Made by a program: the position numbers and the translations under genes
In this document: positions 8,165 through 16,630 of the stretch, one piece after another
Layout: the number at the start of each line of letters is the position of its first letter
How positions within the stretch are numbered: position 1 is the first letter of the stretch
Virus record (IMG/VR): IMGVR_UViG_3300020426_000284
Coordinates: 1 to 34,321 of that record
Source: a virus
Lineage: Duplodnaviria > Caudoviricetes
DNA: 34,321 nt
Reading direction: 5' to 3' (one strand)
The notes under the pieces: generated by a model
What the model was told of the DNA's origin: nothing
Database searches by the model: none
What the model saw: only the letters and a program-made list of their open reading frames with translations

Positions 8165-8436
8165 TTCGCCACCCTGTGGCGGTCTGCAAGTGATCGCACG
8201 ACCCGCAGGCTTGCGTAGTCCTTCAATTCGACCGAGACCGGGTCCAGGACCACATATCCCGAGCAGAGCTTGCCGCGCAGATGGTTCTTGTTGCTCGCGA
8301 TGAAGCCAAAAGCTTCGCCTAGCTGGCCCTGTTCGCCCAAATGGATGAAGTTGTTGCTGTCGCATTTCCATCCCCAGTGCGAGCCAACGTACTGGCGACC
8401 TGAGGCGATTGATGACGCAAGGAACGCGATCATCAC
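8161..8436 (-). CDS. Hypothetical protein
   Basis: Start and stop overlap neighbours on both sides; fills the operon gap exactly. Confidence 0.6.
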   Translation of the reverse strand: MMIAFLASSIASGRQYVGSHWGWKCDSNNFIHLGEQGQLGEAFGFIASNKNHLRGKLCSGYVVLDPVSVELKDYASLRVVRSLADRHRVAK

Positions 8437-8837
8437 GCACCTGCCAGCTGGCGGGCGCGTTCGGCCATGCGGGCGTGCAGGGCAGACGAGGCGGGCAAGT
8501 CCGGCTCCGGGCCATCCTGCGTTTCATGCCATCCGTCGAACCGCTCCGCGCACCAGCGCGACCGCAGGCAGATCGCCTGCGCGCCCGTTACCACCTTGCC
8601 GCCATAGATGCGGGGGGTGGTGGGCAGCGGCATATCCTTTTCCTCGGCCAGCGCGCGCAGCTTGCGGATGATGGTGCGACTGTCGAAGTGCCGGATTTTC
8701 AGCAGTCGGGCGACGTCGCCGATCGCGTATTCGCAGCGCCGTCCGGACGTGACGGGCAGCGACGGAGCCTCCCCCTCAGGGCATTTGGAACGGCGGTTGT
8801 CCGGCGTTCGTGCGGGGAATGCGATAATCTCAGCCAT
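8433..8837 (-). CDS. AlpA/Xis-like DNA-binding protein (candidate recombination directionality factor)
   Basis: YAIGDVARLL..TIIRKL..MPLP....SRW....FDGW pattern; first gene after PL; RBS GGAGG. Confidence 0.6.
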   Translation of the reverse strand: MAEIIAFPARTPDNRRSKCPEGEAPSLPVTSGRRCEYAIGDVARLLKIRHFDSRTIIRKLRALAEEKDMPLPTTPRIYGGKVVTGAQAICLRSRWCAERFDGWHETQDGPEPDLPASSALHARMAERARQLAGA

Positions 8838-8863
8838 TGATCTGCCTCCATGATTGGAGTGCA

Positions 8864-8947
8864 GAAATAACCCTAGGTTATATGGAGCGCAAGAGAAAAA
8901 TAACGGAGAGTTTGTTGCCGGAAATATTCGACCTTACGCTGCGTTAG
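8864..8947 (-). promoter_or_regulatory. Leftward promoter PL with three operator sites
   Basis: Minus strand TTGCGC-N17-TATTTC; ATAACCCTAGGTTAT (8867), ATAACGGAGAGTTTG (8900) and CTTACGCTGCGTTAG (8933) at 33-bp spacing. Confidence 0.7.
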
Positions 8948-9368
8948 GCGAGACTTCTCCATCGTCGTCGCGATCCATGTCTTCGACAAGGCGTGGCTGC
9001 GACCGTTCGGGCCGGTAGCGCGTGAAGCTTTCGGCAACGCGCGCGATGGCGTGCCGGCCTTCGTCGCCCGCCGCCTCCCAGTCGATCGCGAGCTGGCGAC
9101 CTTCGGGCGTGGCGTTGAGCGGATTGTCTTCGGCGGAAAGCAGCGCAGCGGTAGCAACGTGGAGTTCGCGCGCGATCGCCTGGAGCGCCTTCATGCTGGC
9201 ATCGCGACGGCCCAGTTCGAGATGCCCGATGTTCACCGCCGTCATACCGACCTTGTCGCCGAGCTGCTGCTGGGTGAGGCCCGCAGCAAGGCGCAATTCG
9301 CGAATGCGGTTGGGATAGGTTTCTAACTGCTTGGTCATACCGGGGAACAGGTACACTTCGGCTGTCAT
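8934..9368 (-). CDS. CI-like XRE HTH repressor without S24 peptidase domain (alternative start 9338)
   Basis: NRIRELRLAAGLTQQQLGDKVGMTAVNIGHLELGRR HTH_3; divergent from cro-like gene. Confidence 0.9.
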   Translation of the reverse strand: MTAEVYLFPGMTKQLETYPNRIRELRLAAGLTQQQLGDKVGMTAVNIGHLELGRRDASMKALQAIARELHVATAALLSAEDNPLNATPEGRQLAIDWEAAGDEGRHAIARVAESFTRYRPERSQPRLVEDMDRDDDGEVSPNAA

Positions 9369-9409
9369 GGCGGGTATATCCCCTTTTGTTAATTACGTTG
9401 CCGGGTGGC

Positions 9410-9438
9410 TTGCAATCAATATAACCTAGAGTTAGGCC
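9410..9438 (+). promoter_or_regulatory. Rightward promoter PR with operator
   Basis: TTGCAA-N17-TAGGCC containing ATAACCTAGAGTTAG (9421-9435); spacer nearly identical to that of PL. Confidence 0.7.
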
Positions 9439-9461
9439 ATATCGAAAGCAAGGGCCAAGGC

Positions 9462-9737
9462 ATGATCGCGACCGACAACCAATCCCCCCCGACCCTCTCT
9501 CTCGGCGCTGTAAAGCTGCGCGCGTGGCGGCAGCGCGAAGGTTTGACGCTGACGCAGGCCGCTACGCTGTTCGGCGTGACGCAGCCTGCGGTGCATTTTT
9601 GGGAAACAGGCAAGAAAGTGCCGCGTCACGGCAATATTTCGAAGCTCAACGATCTGGAGGTTTGCGGCCCGAACGACTGGCATTTGCCCGCCCCCGTCGT
9701 CGACGAAGCGCTGCAATCCGCAGACGTGACGGGCTGA
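9462..9737 (+). CDS. Cro-like XRE HTH regulator
   Basis: KLRAWRQREGLTLTQAATLFGVTQPAVHFWETGKKVP HTH; divergent from repressor. Confidence 0.88.
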   Translation: MIATDNQSPPTLSLGAVKLRAWRQREGLTLTQAATLFGVTQPAVHFWETGKKVPRHGNISKLNDLEVCGPNDWHLPAPVVDEALQSADVTG

Positions 9738-9741
9738 CGCA

Positions 9742-10863
9742 ATGAGCGGTGCGGGGTCGCAGCCGGATCTACGGCAGAAGATGGATTCGATACGCGCGAG
9801 GGTGAAACTCTCGACGTTGATCGGGCGCGTGGTGAAGCTGACGCAGAAGGGCCCCGACTGGTTCGGCCTGTGCCCGTTCCACACCGAAAGCACGCCCAGC
9901 TTCACGGTCAACGACGACAAGGGTTTCTACCATTGCTTCGGCTGTCAGGCGCACGGCGATGCGATGGACTTCCTGATGGATCATCAGAAGCTGCCGTTCG
10001 GCGAAGCGCTGCGGATGCTGGAGCAGGATGCCGGGATCGCGGGCATGAACCTGAAACAGCGTGAGGCCGACCGCGAGCTGCTGGAGCGGCGCGAGGCGAA
10101 GGCGGCGGCGGATGCCGCTGAGCGGCGCAAGAGTGCGCAAGGCCTTTGGTATTCGTGCATGACGGGCGCGGAAACGCCCGCCGACGATTACCTGCGCGGG
10201 CGCGGGATCGACTTCGGATCGCTGGGACACTGGCCGGGCGCGCTGAAATACCGGGGCGATGTGCCGCATGGCGACCTCAAGCGCGAACTCCCCGCAATGG
10301 TCAGCTGCATGATCGGCCCCGACCTGCGCAGCATCACGGCGGTGCATCGCACCTTCCTGCAATATCGGCCCGACACATCCGGCGTGAGCCGGTGGCAGAA
10401 ACTGGCGATCGAGGACGAAGAGGCGAGCGCCAAGCACGCGCGGCGTGTGCTGCACAAGGCGAAGATGATGCTGGGGGCCAAGAAGGGCGCGCATATCCCG
10501 GTGTGGAAGGGGCGCTACGACGTGCCGCTGCACGCCATCCCGGCAGGAACGGACATCTACGTCAGCGAAGGGATCGAGGATGGCGGTGCGGTGGCGATGG
10601 AAGACCCGAGTCTGCGCATCGTGGCTGCGGGCGATGTCGGCAATATCGGTGCGCTGGAGGTGCCCGAGCAAGCGGGCAACATCGTGATCATCGCGCAGAA
10701 CGACCCCGAAGGAAGCGGCGGCGCGGAAAGCTTCGAAAAGGCGGTAACCAAGTTGCAGGAGCGCAACCGGGGCAAGCGCCTGGTGCAAGCGATCTGGCCC
10801 CCGCAGGACGTGAAGGACTTTGCCGAATTGCGCGAGCGCAAGATGCGGGGGGTGGCGGCGTGA
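9742..10863 (+). CDS. DNA primase (CHC2 zinc finger plus Toprim domain)
   Basis: CPFHTESTPSF..YHCFGC zinc finger; YLRGRGI, AVHRTFL, SEGIED and AQND Toprim motifs. Confidence 0.93.
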   Translation: MSGAGSQPDLRQKMDSIRARVKLSTLIGRVVKLTQKGPDWFGLCPFHTESTPSFTVNDDKGFYHCFGCQAHGDAMDFLMDHQKLPFGEALRMLEQDAGIAGMNLKQREADRELLERREAKAAADAAERRKSAQGLWYSCMTGAETPADDYLRGRGIDFGSLGHWPGALKYRGDVPHGDLKRELPAMVSCMIGPDLRSITAVHRTFLQYRPDTSGVSRWQKLAIEDEEASAKHARRVLHKAKMMLGAKKGAHIPVWKGRYDVPLHAIPAGTDIYVSEGIEDGGAVAMEDPSLRIVAAGDVGNIGALEVPEQAGNIVIIAQNDPEGSGGAESFEKAVTKLQERNRGKRLVQAIWPPQDVKDFAELRERKMRGVAA

Positions 10864-11099
10864 GCAATCGCAAGCCTCGCCCGGCATGGAGCTGGAAAGA
10901 CTACGAGCGCGAAGCCGCGAAAGAGCGGCGCCGCGCAGAGCGGCCCGCTCCTCCCCTCCCCACCCCGCCACCGCAGCCCACTCCATCGGCACCAACGAAA
11001 GCGCAGGCACCTGCAAGAATGCCAAGGATCAAGATCGACCTCAGCGAGGTCCCCAGTTCGATGGAACAGCGCGCCGATAGCTGGCGGGGGCGGCGATGA
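10860..11099 (+). CDS. Small Pro-rich hypothetical protein
   Basis: GTGA and ATGA overlaps with primase and helicase. Confidence 0.6.
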   Translation: MSNRKPRPAWSWKDYEREAAKERRRAERPAPPLPTPPPQPTPSAPTKAQAPARMPRIKIDLSEVPSSMEQRADSWRGRR

Positions 11100-13024
11100 G
11101 CACTCTCCCCGATCCCGTTACCCTGCCCGATCTTGCGGGCGAGGATGAAGCGCCCGGCCAGAGCCATGATGCGGAGGTCAACAAGTTCCTGTTGCCCGAT
11201 TCGCCGATCGTGCCGCTGGGGCAGGCGATCGGTGGCAGCCGGATCGTGTTCATGGACCGCAACAACGTGCTGCAAGAGCGCGACACGCGGCTGTCGAACA
11301 ATGATTTCGTTCTGCACTGCGGCGGGCAGGACTGGCTGTGGGAGAATTTCCCGCGCTACGCCAAGCAGAGCGAGAAGGACAAGAAAGATCAGGTGCCGCG
11401 CGTGCAGGTCGGCTTCGATCATGGCGAAGCGGGCGGCGAGCTGGCCGAGGCGTGCTTTACCAAGGGCATCTTCAACCCCGAGGGGCGCGTGTTTGGGCGC
11501 GGGGCGCACCGGCCCCGGCACGATGAAGACCTGCTGCTGCTGCATTGTGGCAACCGTCTGCTGCTGGCCAACGTGCCCGACAATCGCGGTCGGCGGCTGA
11601 AAAAGCTGCAAGGCGCGAAGGCGGGCGAGTATCAGGGGGCGTTCTATCCCGGTGGCCCGCCGCTGCCCCTGCCCGACCTTGGCAGCGCCGCGACCTGCGA
11701 AGAGTCGCGCGAGCTGATGGACCTGTTCGGCGAATGGAGTTGGATCGCGCCCGAGCTGGCGCGGCTGCTGCTGCTGGGCTGGGTCGGCCAGATGTATATT
11801 TGCGGCGCGCTGAACTGGCGCGCCCATATCTGGCTGACCGGATCGACCGCAGCGGGCAAGAGCCACCTGCAAAAGCTGCTGCGTGCGCTGGCGAGCGACT
11901 GGGCGATTACGACCGAGGACGCGAGCCCCGCCTATATCCGGCAGAAGCTGGGCCTCGATCGCTTGGCAGTGCTGATCGACGAAGCCGAGGCGGACGACGA
12001 CGCAGAGCGGCAACAGGCGATGCTGACGCTGGCGCGCAAAGGGAGCAGCGGGGGCAGCATCGGGCGCGGCGGCAGCGACCACAAGGCGCAGGATTTTACC
12101 ATTCACAGCGCCTTCGTGCTGTCCAGCATCATCCACTCGATCAAGGTGGGGCAGGATCACAACAGGTTCGCCATCCTCGACATGCGGCCCATCCCCAGCG
12201 ACAAGGCTGACCTTCGGCTTGACCTTCCCCATCTTCGCGGACTGGGACGGCGGTTGCATCGGCGGATGCTGGATCAGTGGCATCGGTTCGACGCCACGCT
12301 GGATTACTACAAGGGCGAGATTCACGCGGCGGGCTATGCCGGGCGCTGGCGCGACACCTTCGGCACCCTGCTGGCCTGTGCGGACCTGCTGCTGTTCGAT
12401 TATGCCCCGGCCCAACGTCTCGACCCGCTGAACCCGGAGAATTTCGACCGCGAGGAAGGCGAGGACGTGGGCGGCGCGGCATGGGTGCGGCTGATCGAAC
12501 CGCTGATGATGCGGGGGACCGAGGAAGCGCGCACCGATACCGAGCGTTGCATCCAGTACCTGCTCTCCGCGCTGGTGCCGGGCGCTGGCGGGCAGCCGCC
12601 CGAAAGCGTGGCGCGCTGGCTGCGCAAGGCGGTGGAGCCGGGCCTGAAGTGGGATGGCGAGCGTGAAATCATCTGCATCGACGAAGCGGCGCGCGACCGG
12701 CTGAAAACCTACGGCCTGCGCGTGTTTCTGCCCAAGGAATTGGCGCCCGACGAGAAGGGGCGGGCGCGCTATGGCGTCAACGAGCTGGGCCACGGCGAAC
12801 AGGCATGGCGCGACGGTTATCTTGCGGTGGCAGGCGGGGGGCACAAGGGCCTGCAAGAGCTGTTCCGGGGCGCACCGGGCGACTTCGCCAGCGGGCAGTG
12901 GGTGCAGAGCCTGGCCAAGGCCGAAGGCGCGATCCGCACCAAGATGCGATTCGAGAAGGTGGGCAGCCCCGAATACGTCGTGGCGCTGCCGCTGAGCATG
13001 TTCATGCCGGGGGAAGCAGGGTGA
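11096..13024 (+). CDS. Replicative AAA+ helicase/initiator (Cch/P4-alpha-like) with putative C-terminal origin-binding domain
   Basis: Walker A GSTAAGKS, Walker B LIDEAE, downstream NRF Arg motif; adjacent to primase. Confidence 0.82.
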   Translation: MSTLPDPVTLPDLAGEDEAPGQSHDAEVNKFLLPDSPIVPLGQAIGGSRIVFMDRNNVLQERDTRLSNNDFVLHCGGQDWLWENFPRYAKQSEKDKKDQVPRVQVGFDHGEAGGELAEACFTKGIFNPEGRVFGRGAHRPRHDEDLLLLHCGNRLLLANVPDNRGRRLKKLQGAKAGEYQGAFYPGGPPLPLPDLGSAATCEESRELMDLFGEWSWIAPELARLLLLGWVGQMYICGALNWRAHIWLTGSTAAGKSHLQKLLRALASDWAITTEDASPAYIRQKLGLDRLAVLIDEAEADDDAERQQAMLTLARKGSSGGSIGRGGSDHKAQDFTIHSAFVLSSIIHSIKVGQDHNRFAILDMRPIPSDKADLRLDLPHLRGLGRRLHRRMLDQWHRFDATLDYYKGEIHAAGYAGRWRDTFGTLLACADLLLFDYAPAQRLDPLNPENFDREEGEDVGGAAWVRLIEPLMMRGTEEARTDTERCIQYLLSALVPGAGGQPPESVARWLRKAVEPGLKWDGEREIICIDEAARDRLKTYGLRVFLPKELAPDEKGRARYGVNELGHGEQAWRDGYLAVAGGGHKGLQELFRGAPGDFASGQWVQSLAKAEGAIRTKMRFEKVGSPEYVVALPLSMFMPGEAG

Positions 13025-13266
13025 GCGAGAAGCCGGAACCTATCGCCTGTCACTATTGCGTAGAAACGCCTGCGCTCCGCGCGATCGAGGTTTATTACAA
13101 CACGCCGCGCAAGACGGGCGTGCATCGTATGTACCGGATGGAATGTGCGTGCGGCACCATCGGCAAGTGCCGCCCAACGCCTAAGACCGCTACCGAGGCG
13201 TGGAACGAGCCGTGGCAAGCGCGTGTCGGCAAAGAATACCTGACGGTGGAATCGGAGGGGTTGTGA
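13021..13266 (+). CDS. Lar-like restriction alleviation protein
   Basis: PIACHYC...MECACG...ATEAWN matches Lar family CxxC...CxxCG...AWN layout; GTGA coupling. Confidence 0.6.
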   Translation: MSEKPEPIACHYCVETPALRAIEVYYNTPRKTGVHRMYRMECACGTIGKCRPTPKTATEAWNEPWQARVGKEYLTVESEGL

Positions 13267-13583
13267 GCGTCCTAGTCCCACATACCCGTGTAATGGCCCC
13301 TGCCGTCATGAAAGAAGCGATTGCGCCCCCGACAGCCGGGCGTGAGCTTGCAGCGCGTCCAGCGACCCCACAGAGAATAGTCAGGGCCCTTGACCCGCGC
13401 CACCTCGGCAAGATCGACCTGCCTGAAAGGCGCATGGCAATGCGTGCACCAAGTACGAACCTTGATGCCGCGTTCGATCATCAGCGTGACCGTAGCCACG
13501 TGAGCTGGACAGTTGACATGGCGCATAGGCACTCGTTGCCCATTAGAACAGACGTGGAACGGGTCAAGGTAGCGCGGGCATGA
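13263..13583 (+). CDS. Possible 106-aa ORF enclosing the antisense gene 13272-13526
   Basis: RBS GGAGGGG; GTGA overlap upstream and ATGA overlap downstream; no recognisable motif. Confidence 0.35.
   Translation: MSVLVPHTRVMAPAVMKEAIAPPTAGRELAARPATPQRIVRALDPRHLGKIDLPERRMAMRAPSTNLDAAFDHQRDRSHVSWTVDMAHRHSLPIRTDVERVKVARA
13272..13526 (-). CDS. Small Cys-rich (Zn-finger-like) protein behind a LexA box
   Basis: WCTHC..VDLAEV..KGPDYSLW....C..TPGC pattern; LexA box directly upstream; alternative GTG start 13532. Confidence 0.75.
   Translation of the reverse strand: MRHVNCPAHVATVTLMIERGIKVRTWCTHCHAPFRQVDLAEVARVKGPDYSLWGRWTRCKLTPGCRGRNRFFHDGRGHYTGMWD
13540..13567 (-). promoter_or_regulatory. SOS promoter with alphaproteobacterial LexA box
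   Basis: GAAC-AGACGTG-GAAC (13546-13560) between -35 TTGACC and -10 TAATGG on the minus strand. Confidence 0.75.
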
Positions 13584-14197
13584 GCCGCTTAGGGCAGGCG
13601 ATGGGCACCCAGCGCCCGCGCAAGCGCAATTTCTTCTATCCGACCATCGACCCGCGCTGTGTCGCGCCGTTGCTGGCGCATGTGCCGGCAGGCACGCGCT
13701 TTGCCGAGCCGTGCGCCGGGGCGGGCGATCTTATCCACCTGCTCGAAGCCGCGGGCCTCGTCTGCGAATGGGGGTTGGAGCTGGAGCCGCAGAGCGAGGG
13801 CCTTGCGAACCGCTGGCCTATCGGCATCGGCAATGCGCTGTCGCTGACCGTGCGGGATCTTCACGGGGCCACCCTGTTCATCAGCAACCTGCCGTGGGAA
13901 CGGAGCTGGCTGCATCCGCTGATATGGCACCTGGCTGCGATAGCGCCGCTGTGGAGCCTCCACGATGCGAGCTGGGCCTATACGCAGCAAGCGGCACCGT
14001 TCCGGCCGATCCTGACCGATGTGGTGGCCGTGGGGCGGCTCAAGTGGTTCGAAGGCAGCAAGTACGATCCGGCCGACGACTGCGCATGGTACAGGTTCGA
14101 CGCCACCCCGCGCGAAGGCCCGCCCCCGCCGATCCGGTTCCACCTGCCAGTGGAGCGCGGAGAAGCAGCGCGAGCGGGCCAGCCTCGATTGCTCTAG
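13580..14197 (+). CDS. Phage SAM-dependent amino-DNA methyltransferase-like protein
   Basis: FYPT, motif I EPCAGAGDL, motif IV variant SNLPW, VGRLKW...CAWYRF. Confidence 0.8.
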   Translation: MSRLGQAMGTQRPRKRNFFYPTIDPRCVAPLLAHVPAGTRFAEPCAGAGDLIHLLEAAGLVCEWGLELEPQSEGLANRWPIGIGNALSLTVRDLHGATLFISNLPWERSWLHPLIWHLAAIAPLWSLHDASWAYTQQAAPFRPILTDVVAVGRLKWFEGSKYDPADDCAWYRFDATPREGPPPPIRFHLPVERGEAARAGQPRLL

Positions 14198-14409
14198 CGA
14201 TCGTTGGCCGCGCCGGTGACGTAAAGGAAGGCGTCACGCACCGGGCGATGAACGAAGTGCAGCAGCGCCGCGATGTTGGTGGCCGGGATTTCGGTGCCGG
14301 GCGAGGCCTGCACGAAGAGCAATTCAAGCGCCTCCAGCGCGGCCATCGCCATGGTCTGATCGTATTCGGCGTTGGCTTCGTCGCGGGCCTGCGCAAGGTG
14401 GTTCAACAT
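14194..14409 (-). CDS. Small helical protein (71 aa) behind a LexA box
   Basis: RBS GGAGAG before ATG 14409; LexA box upstream; stop overlaps MTase stop (CTAG). Confidence 0.7.
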   Translation of the reverse strand: MLNHLAQARDEANAEYDQTMAMAALEALELLFVQASPGTEIPATNIAALLHFVHRPVRDAFLYVTGAANDR

Positions 14410-14460
14410 GGCCTTTTCTCTCTCCAGATTGGTGGGATTCGCAAACTGGAGCGCGCGGCG

Positions 14461-14489
14461 CGTGTAGGAAAGTTCTTTTTTTGTTCCAA
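14461..14489 (-). promoter_or_regulatory. SOS promoter with alphaproteobacterial LexA box
   Basis: GTTC-TTTTTTT-GTTC (14472-14486) overlapping minus-strand TTGGAA-N17-TACACG. Confidence 0.78.
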
Positions 14490-14504
14490 TTTGGAGGCGA
14501 TTGT

Positions 14505-15140
14505 TCATGCCAGCAGTGCGGCCTGATCGAGCATCTTGAGCCAAGCGAGGATGGCGCGCGCGTCGGCATTGTCGCAGCCATCCAGATAGCCGCGCAATTC
14601 GGCGCACGCCGCGTTGATCGCTGCGGCGCGCGACGCGGCCTTGCCGCCGTGTGCTTCTGACAACGGGCTATGAGAGCCGCGACAATCGCCGCCACGCAGC
14701 TGAAAGCCGGTCGCCCATATCCAGTGCGGGCCGAGGTTCATCAGGCGAATTTCGGCTATGTCCAAGCCGTGAAAGTTCTTCTTTCGCGGCGGGGCGAGGA
14801 ATTCGGTGGGCTCCAAGTAAACGCCGCTCCGGTTGGGGGTGGCGAGATAGCCCAGCTTGCGCGCATTGCATGGCGGGCAAAGTAGCTGCTGCGAATCGGC
14901 GTGCCATTTGTAGTGGCAGGGATGCCCGGTCTCGGAACATTGGCTGCAGCAACTTCGCGATTGCATCACCAGTTCCGCGCCCGTGCGGGGAAGCGGCAGG
15001 GGTGCCGATCTGGTTGGCGGCACCGCGCCGCCCTGTCTGTGATCGGCGGACATGGCCAGTAGCATGGCGCTGTCTGGCTTGGGCGGGCGGGTGGCGAAGG
15101 ACGCAATGCCCGCAGACTTGAACAGATCGCCTTGGATCAT
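14505..15140 (-). CDS. Hypothetical protein with CxxC...CxxC zinc finger
   Basis: CSQC...LCPPC; RBS GGAGG; starts 3 nt after the LPD29 gene stop. Confidence 0.7.
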   Translation of the reverse strand: MIQGDLFKSAGIASFATRPPKPDSAMLLAMSADHRQGGAVPPTRSAPLPLPRTGAELVMQSRSCCSQCSETGHPCHYKWHADSQQLLCPPCNARKLGYLATPNRSGVYLEPTEFLAPPRKKNFHGLDIAEIRLMNLGPHWIWATGFQLRGGDCRGSHSPLSEAHGGKAASRAAAINAACAELRGYLDGCDNADARAILAWLKMLDQAALLA

Positions 15141-15143
15141 CGC

Positions 15144-15857
15144 TCAATCCTCCGCCCAGTAGGTGCCGGGGTTCGCGTCGACCTGGGCGGCCTCCAGATC
15201 GCGGCGCAGTTGCCAGTCCAGCGATACCGAGCCGTAATAGCGCACGTCGAAATAATCGGTCATGCTGTCCGAATTGTCGCGGTTGTACGCGCCGTGGATA
15301 CGTTCGAGGCGGGTCATCAGGCTGTGAAATTCCGCGCTGCGCTGGTCGGTCAGGCTGCCCGGGCAGTCGTGCGCGCGCTGCGGGAATTGCTTGCGCCAGC
15401 TCGCTGCCTGGTCGGAGAGGATCGCGAAGCCGGATGGCAATGCGGTAATCCTGATGTCTATCGACTGCCCGCCGCTATAGCGCTGGATTCGAACGCTCGT
15501 CTTGATCCCCGACCCAAGTTGAAGGGCTTTGATGTCGGCACGCATACGCTTGGCAATCTCGCTGATGTCGAGATTTCGGGTCGCGTCGTGCTTCGTGCCC
15601 CGTTTTTCATTTTCCGGGTCGCAGTAGGCGGGAACGAACCTGTCGGCCCGCGCCTGCTCTATCTGTCGCTGTTCGACATCGGTCACCACTTCGGCAACGA
15701 TGTGCGCGGCGATTGATCCGCCGAGTCTTTCGGCCAAGTCGCTCTTCCGCTTTTCCTGCGCCTCAGCCCTTGCCTGTTCGGCGCTCGCTTTGGTCTGTGC
15801 CGAGCGGCGGGCGTCGAGTGTCGCGCCGAAGTCGATTATCTGTGCGGTGTGAGCCAT
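15144..15857 (-). CDS. LPD29 (large polyvalent protein-associated domain 29) protein
   Basis: EIAKRMRADIK..IKTSVRIQRYSGGQSIDIRI...YNRDNSDSMTDYFDVRYY is the characteristic LPD29 pattern; RBS GGAGG. Confidence 0.8.
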   Translation of the reverse strand: MAHTAQIIDFGATLDARRSAQTKASAEQARAEAQEKRKSDLAERLGGSIAAHIVAEVVTDVEQRQIEQARADRFVPAYCDPENEKRGTKHDATRNLDISEIAKRMRADIKALQLGSGIKTSVRIQRYSGGQSIDIRITALPSGFAILSDQAASWRKQFPQRAHDCPGSLTDQRSAEFHSLMTRLERIHGAYNRDNSDSMTDYFDVRYYGSVSLDWQLRRDLEAAQVDANPGTYWAED

Positions 15858-15859
15858 GT

Positions 15860-16033
15860 TCACGCCTCCACCAGATCGAGGGGTTCGAAGCGGGTCGCCA
15901 GCCAACCGTTGATGGTGAGCGCTTCGCCCGTGAAGTTGCAGGTGGCGGTAAAGCTGCCGTCTAGGTCTGCGTCCGGTGCCACGCTCACTTCGAGCGACGA
16001 TCCGTCCGCAAATTCGATCAGATATTCGTGCAT
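15860..16033 (-). CDS. Small acidic beta-rich hypothetical protein (57 aa)
   Basis: RBS GGAG; MHEYLIEFADGSSLEV...INGWL. Confidence 0.7.
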   Translation of the reverse strand: MHEYLIEFADGSSLEVSVAPDADLDGSFTATCNFTGEALTINGWLATRFEPLDLVEA

Positions 16034-16119
16034 TTTTCCGGTCTCCAATACCGTTGACGATGGGTGGCCCCATCGGATCGGGGCGGACATTGCCCGCCCT
16101 TCACCGATAGGGTCGCCGG

Positions 16120-16350
16120 TCAGAACAGTTGGATTGCGGCGACGATCAGCGCGGCTAGCGCGGCCATGATCGAACCGAGGCGGAGCGTCAGCTTGTTGGC
16201 ATGGGCTTCAAGCGCCTTGGTGAGTTCGTCTTTCGTCACGTGCTGTACCGTAGCGCCGTGCAGTTCCTCCGCCAAGGTTTCGGCTTGCTTGCGGGCGAAG
16301 CCGCCGCCTTCGAGGCGCTGCATTGATTGGATGGGGCTATAAGCGTTCAT
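16120..16350 (-). CDS. DUF1640/CCDC90-like coiled-coil protein with C-terminal TM anchor
   Basis: QRLEGGGFARKQAETL...VTKDEL...KLTLRLGSIMAALAALIVAAIQLF. Confidence 0.75.
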   Translation of the reverse strand: MNAYSPIQSMQRLEGGGFARKQAETLAEELHGATVQHVTKDELTKALEAHANKLTLRLGSIMAALAALIVAAIQLF

Positions 16351-16396
16351 CGGGTCGGTCTCCATTACCGTTCCGCCACCTCGTCGTGGCACGATT

Positions 16397-16426
16397 TCTT
16401 TACCGAGAGTTAGTTTTTAGTGTCAA
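16397..16426 (-). promoter_or_regulatory. Leftward promoter of the LPD29 operon with operator
   Basis: Minus strand TTGACA (16421-16426), then CTAACTCTCGGTAAA (16399-16413; 12/15 to the PR operator). Confidence 0.65.
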
Positions 16427-16630
16427 GCGCTAAATGAAAAAATGCGCGTCCAGCGCGCCGCAGGCGCGCGGTGCGGACGCGCTCAACTCGACACACCCCG
16501 GCCCGTCAGGCGCTCTTCTCCGCCGCTTTCCGCCTATCCCTCGACCCCCGACCCAAAGATTTCCAACAAGAGATTTGGCGCGCGGTCTGGAAAATCGGAG
16601 AGCGGGGCGCGTTGCGGCTGTTGCGGCAGC

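Noticed and set aside
9385-9405. Canonical CtrA box in the cI-cro intergenic region
   Set aside because: Only one TTAA half-site; no TTAA-N7-TTAA seen
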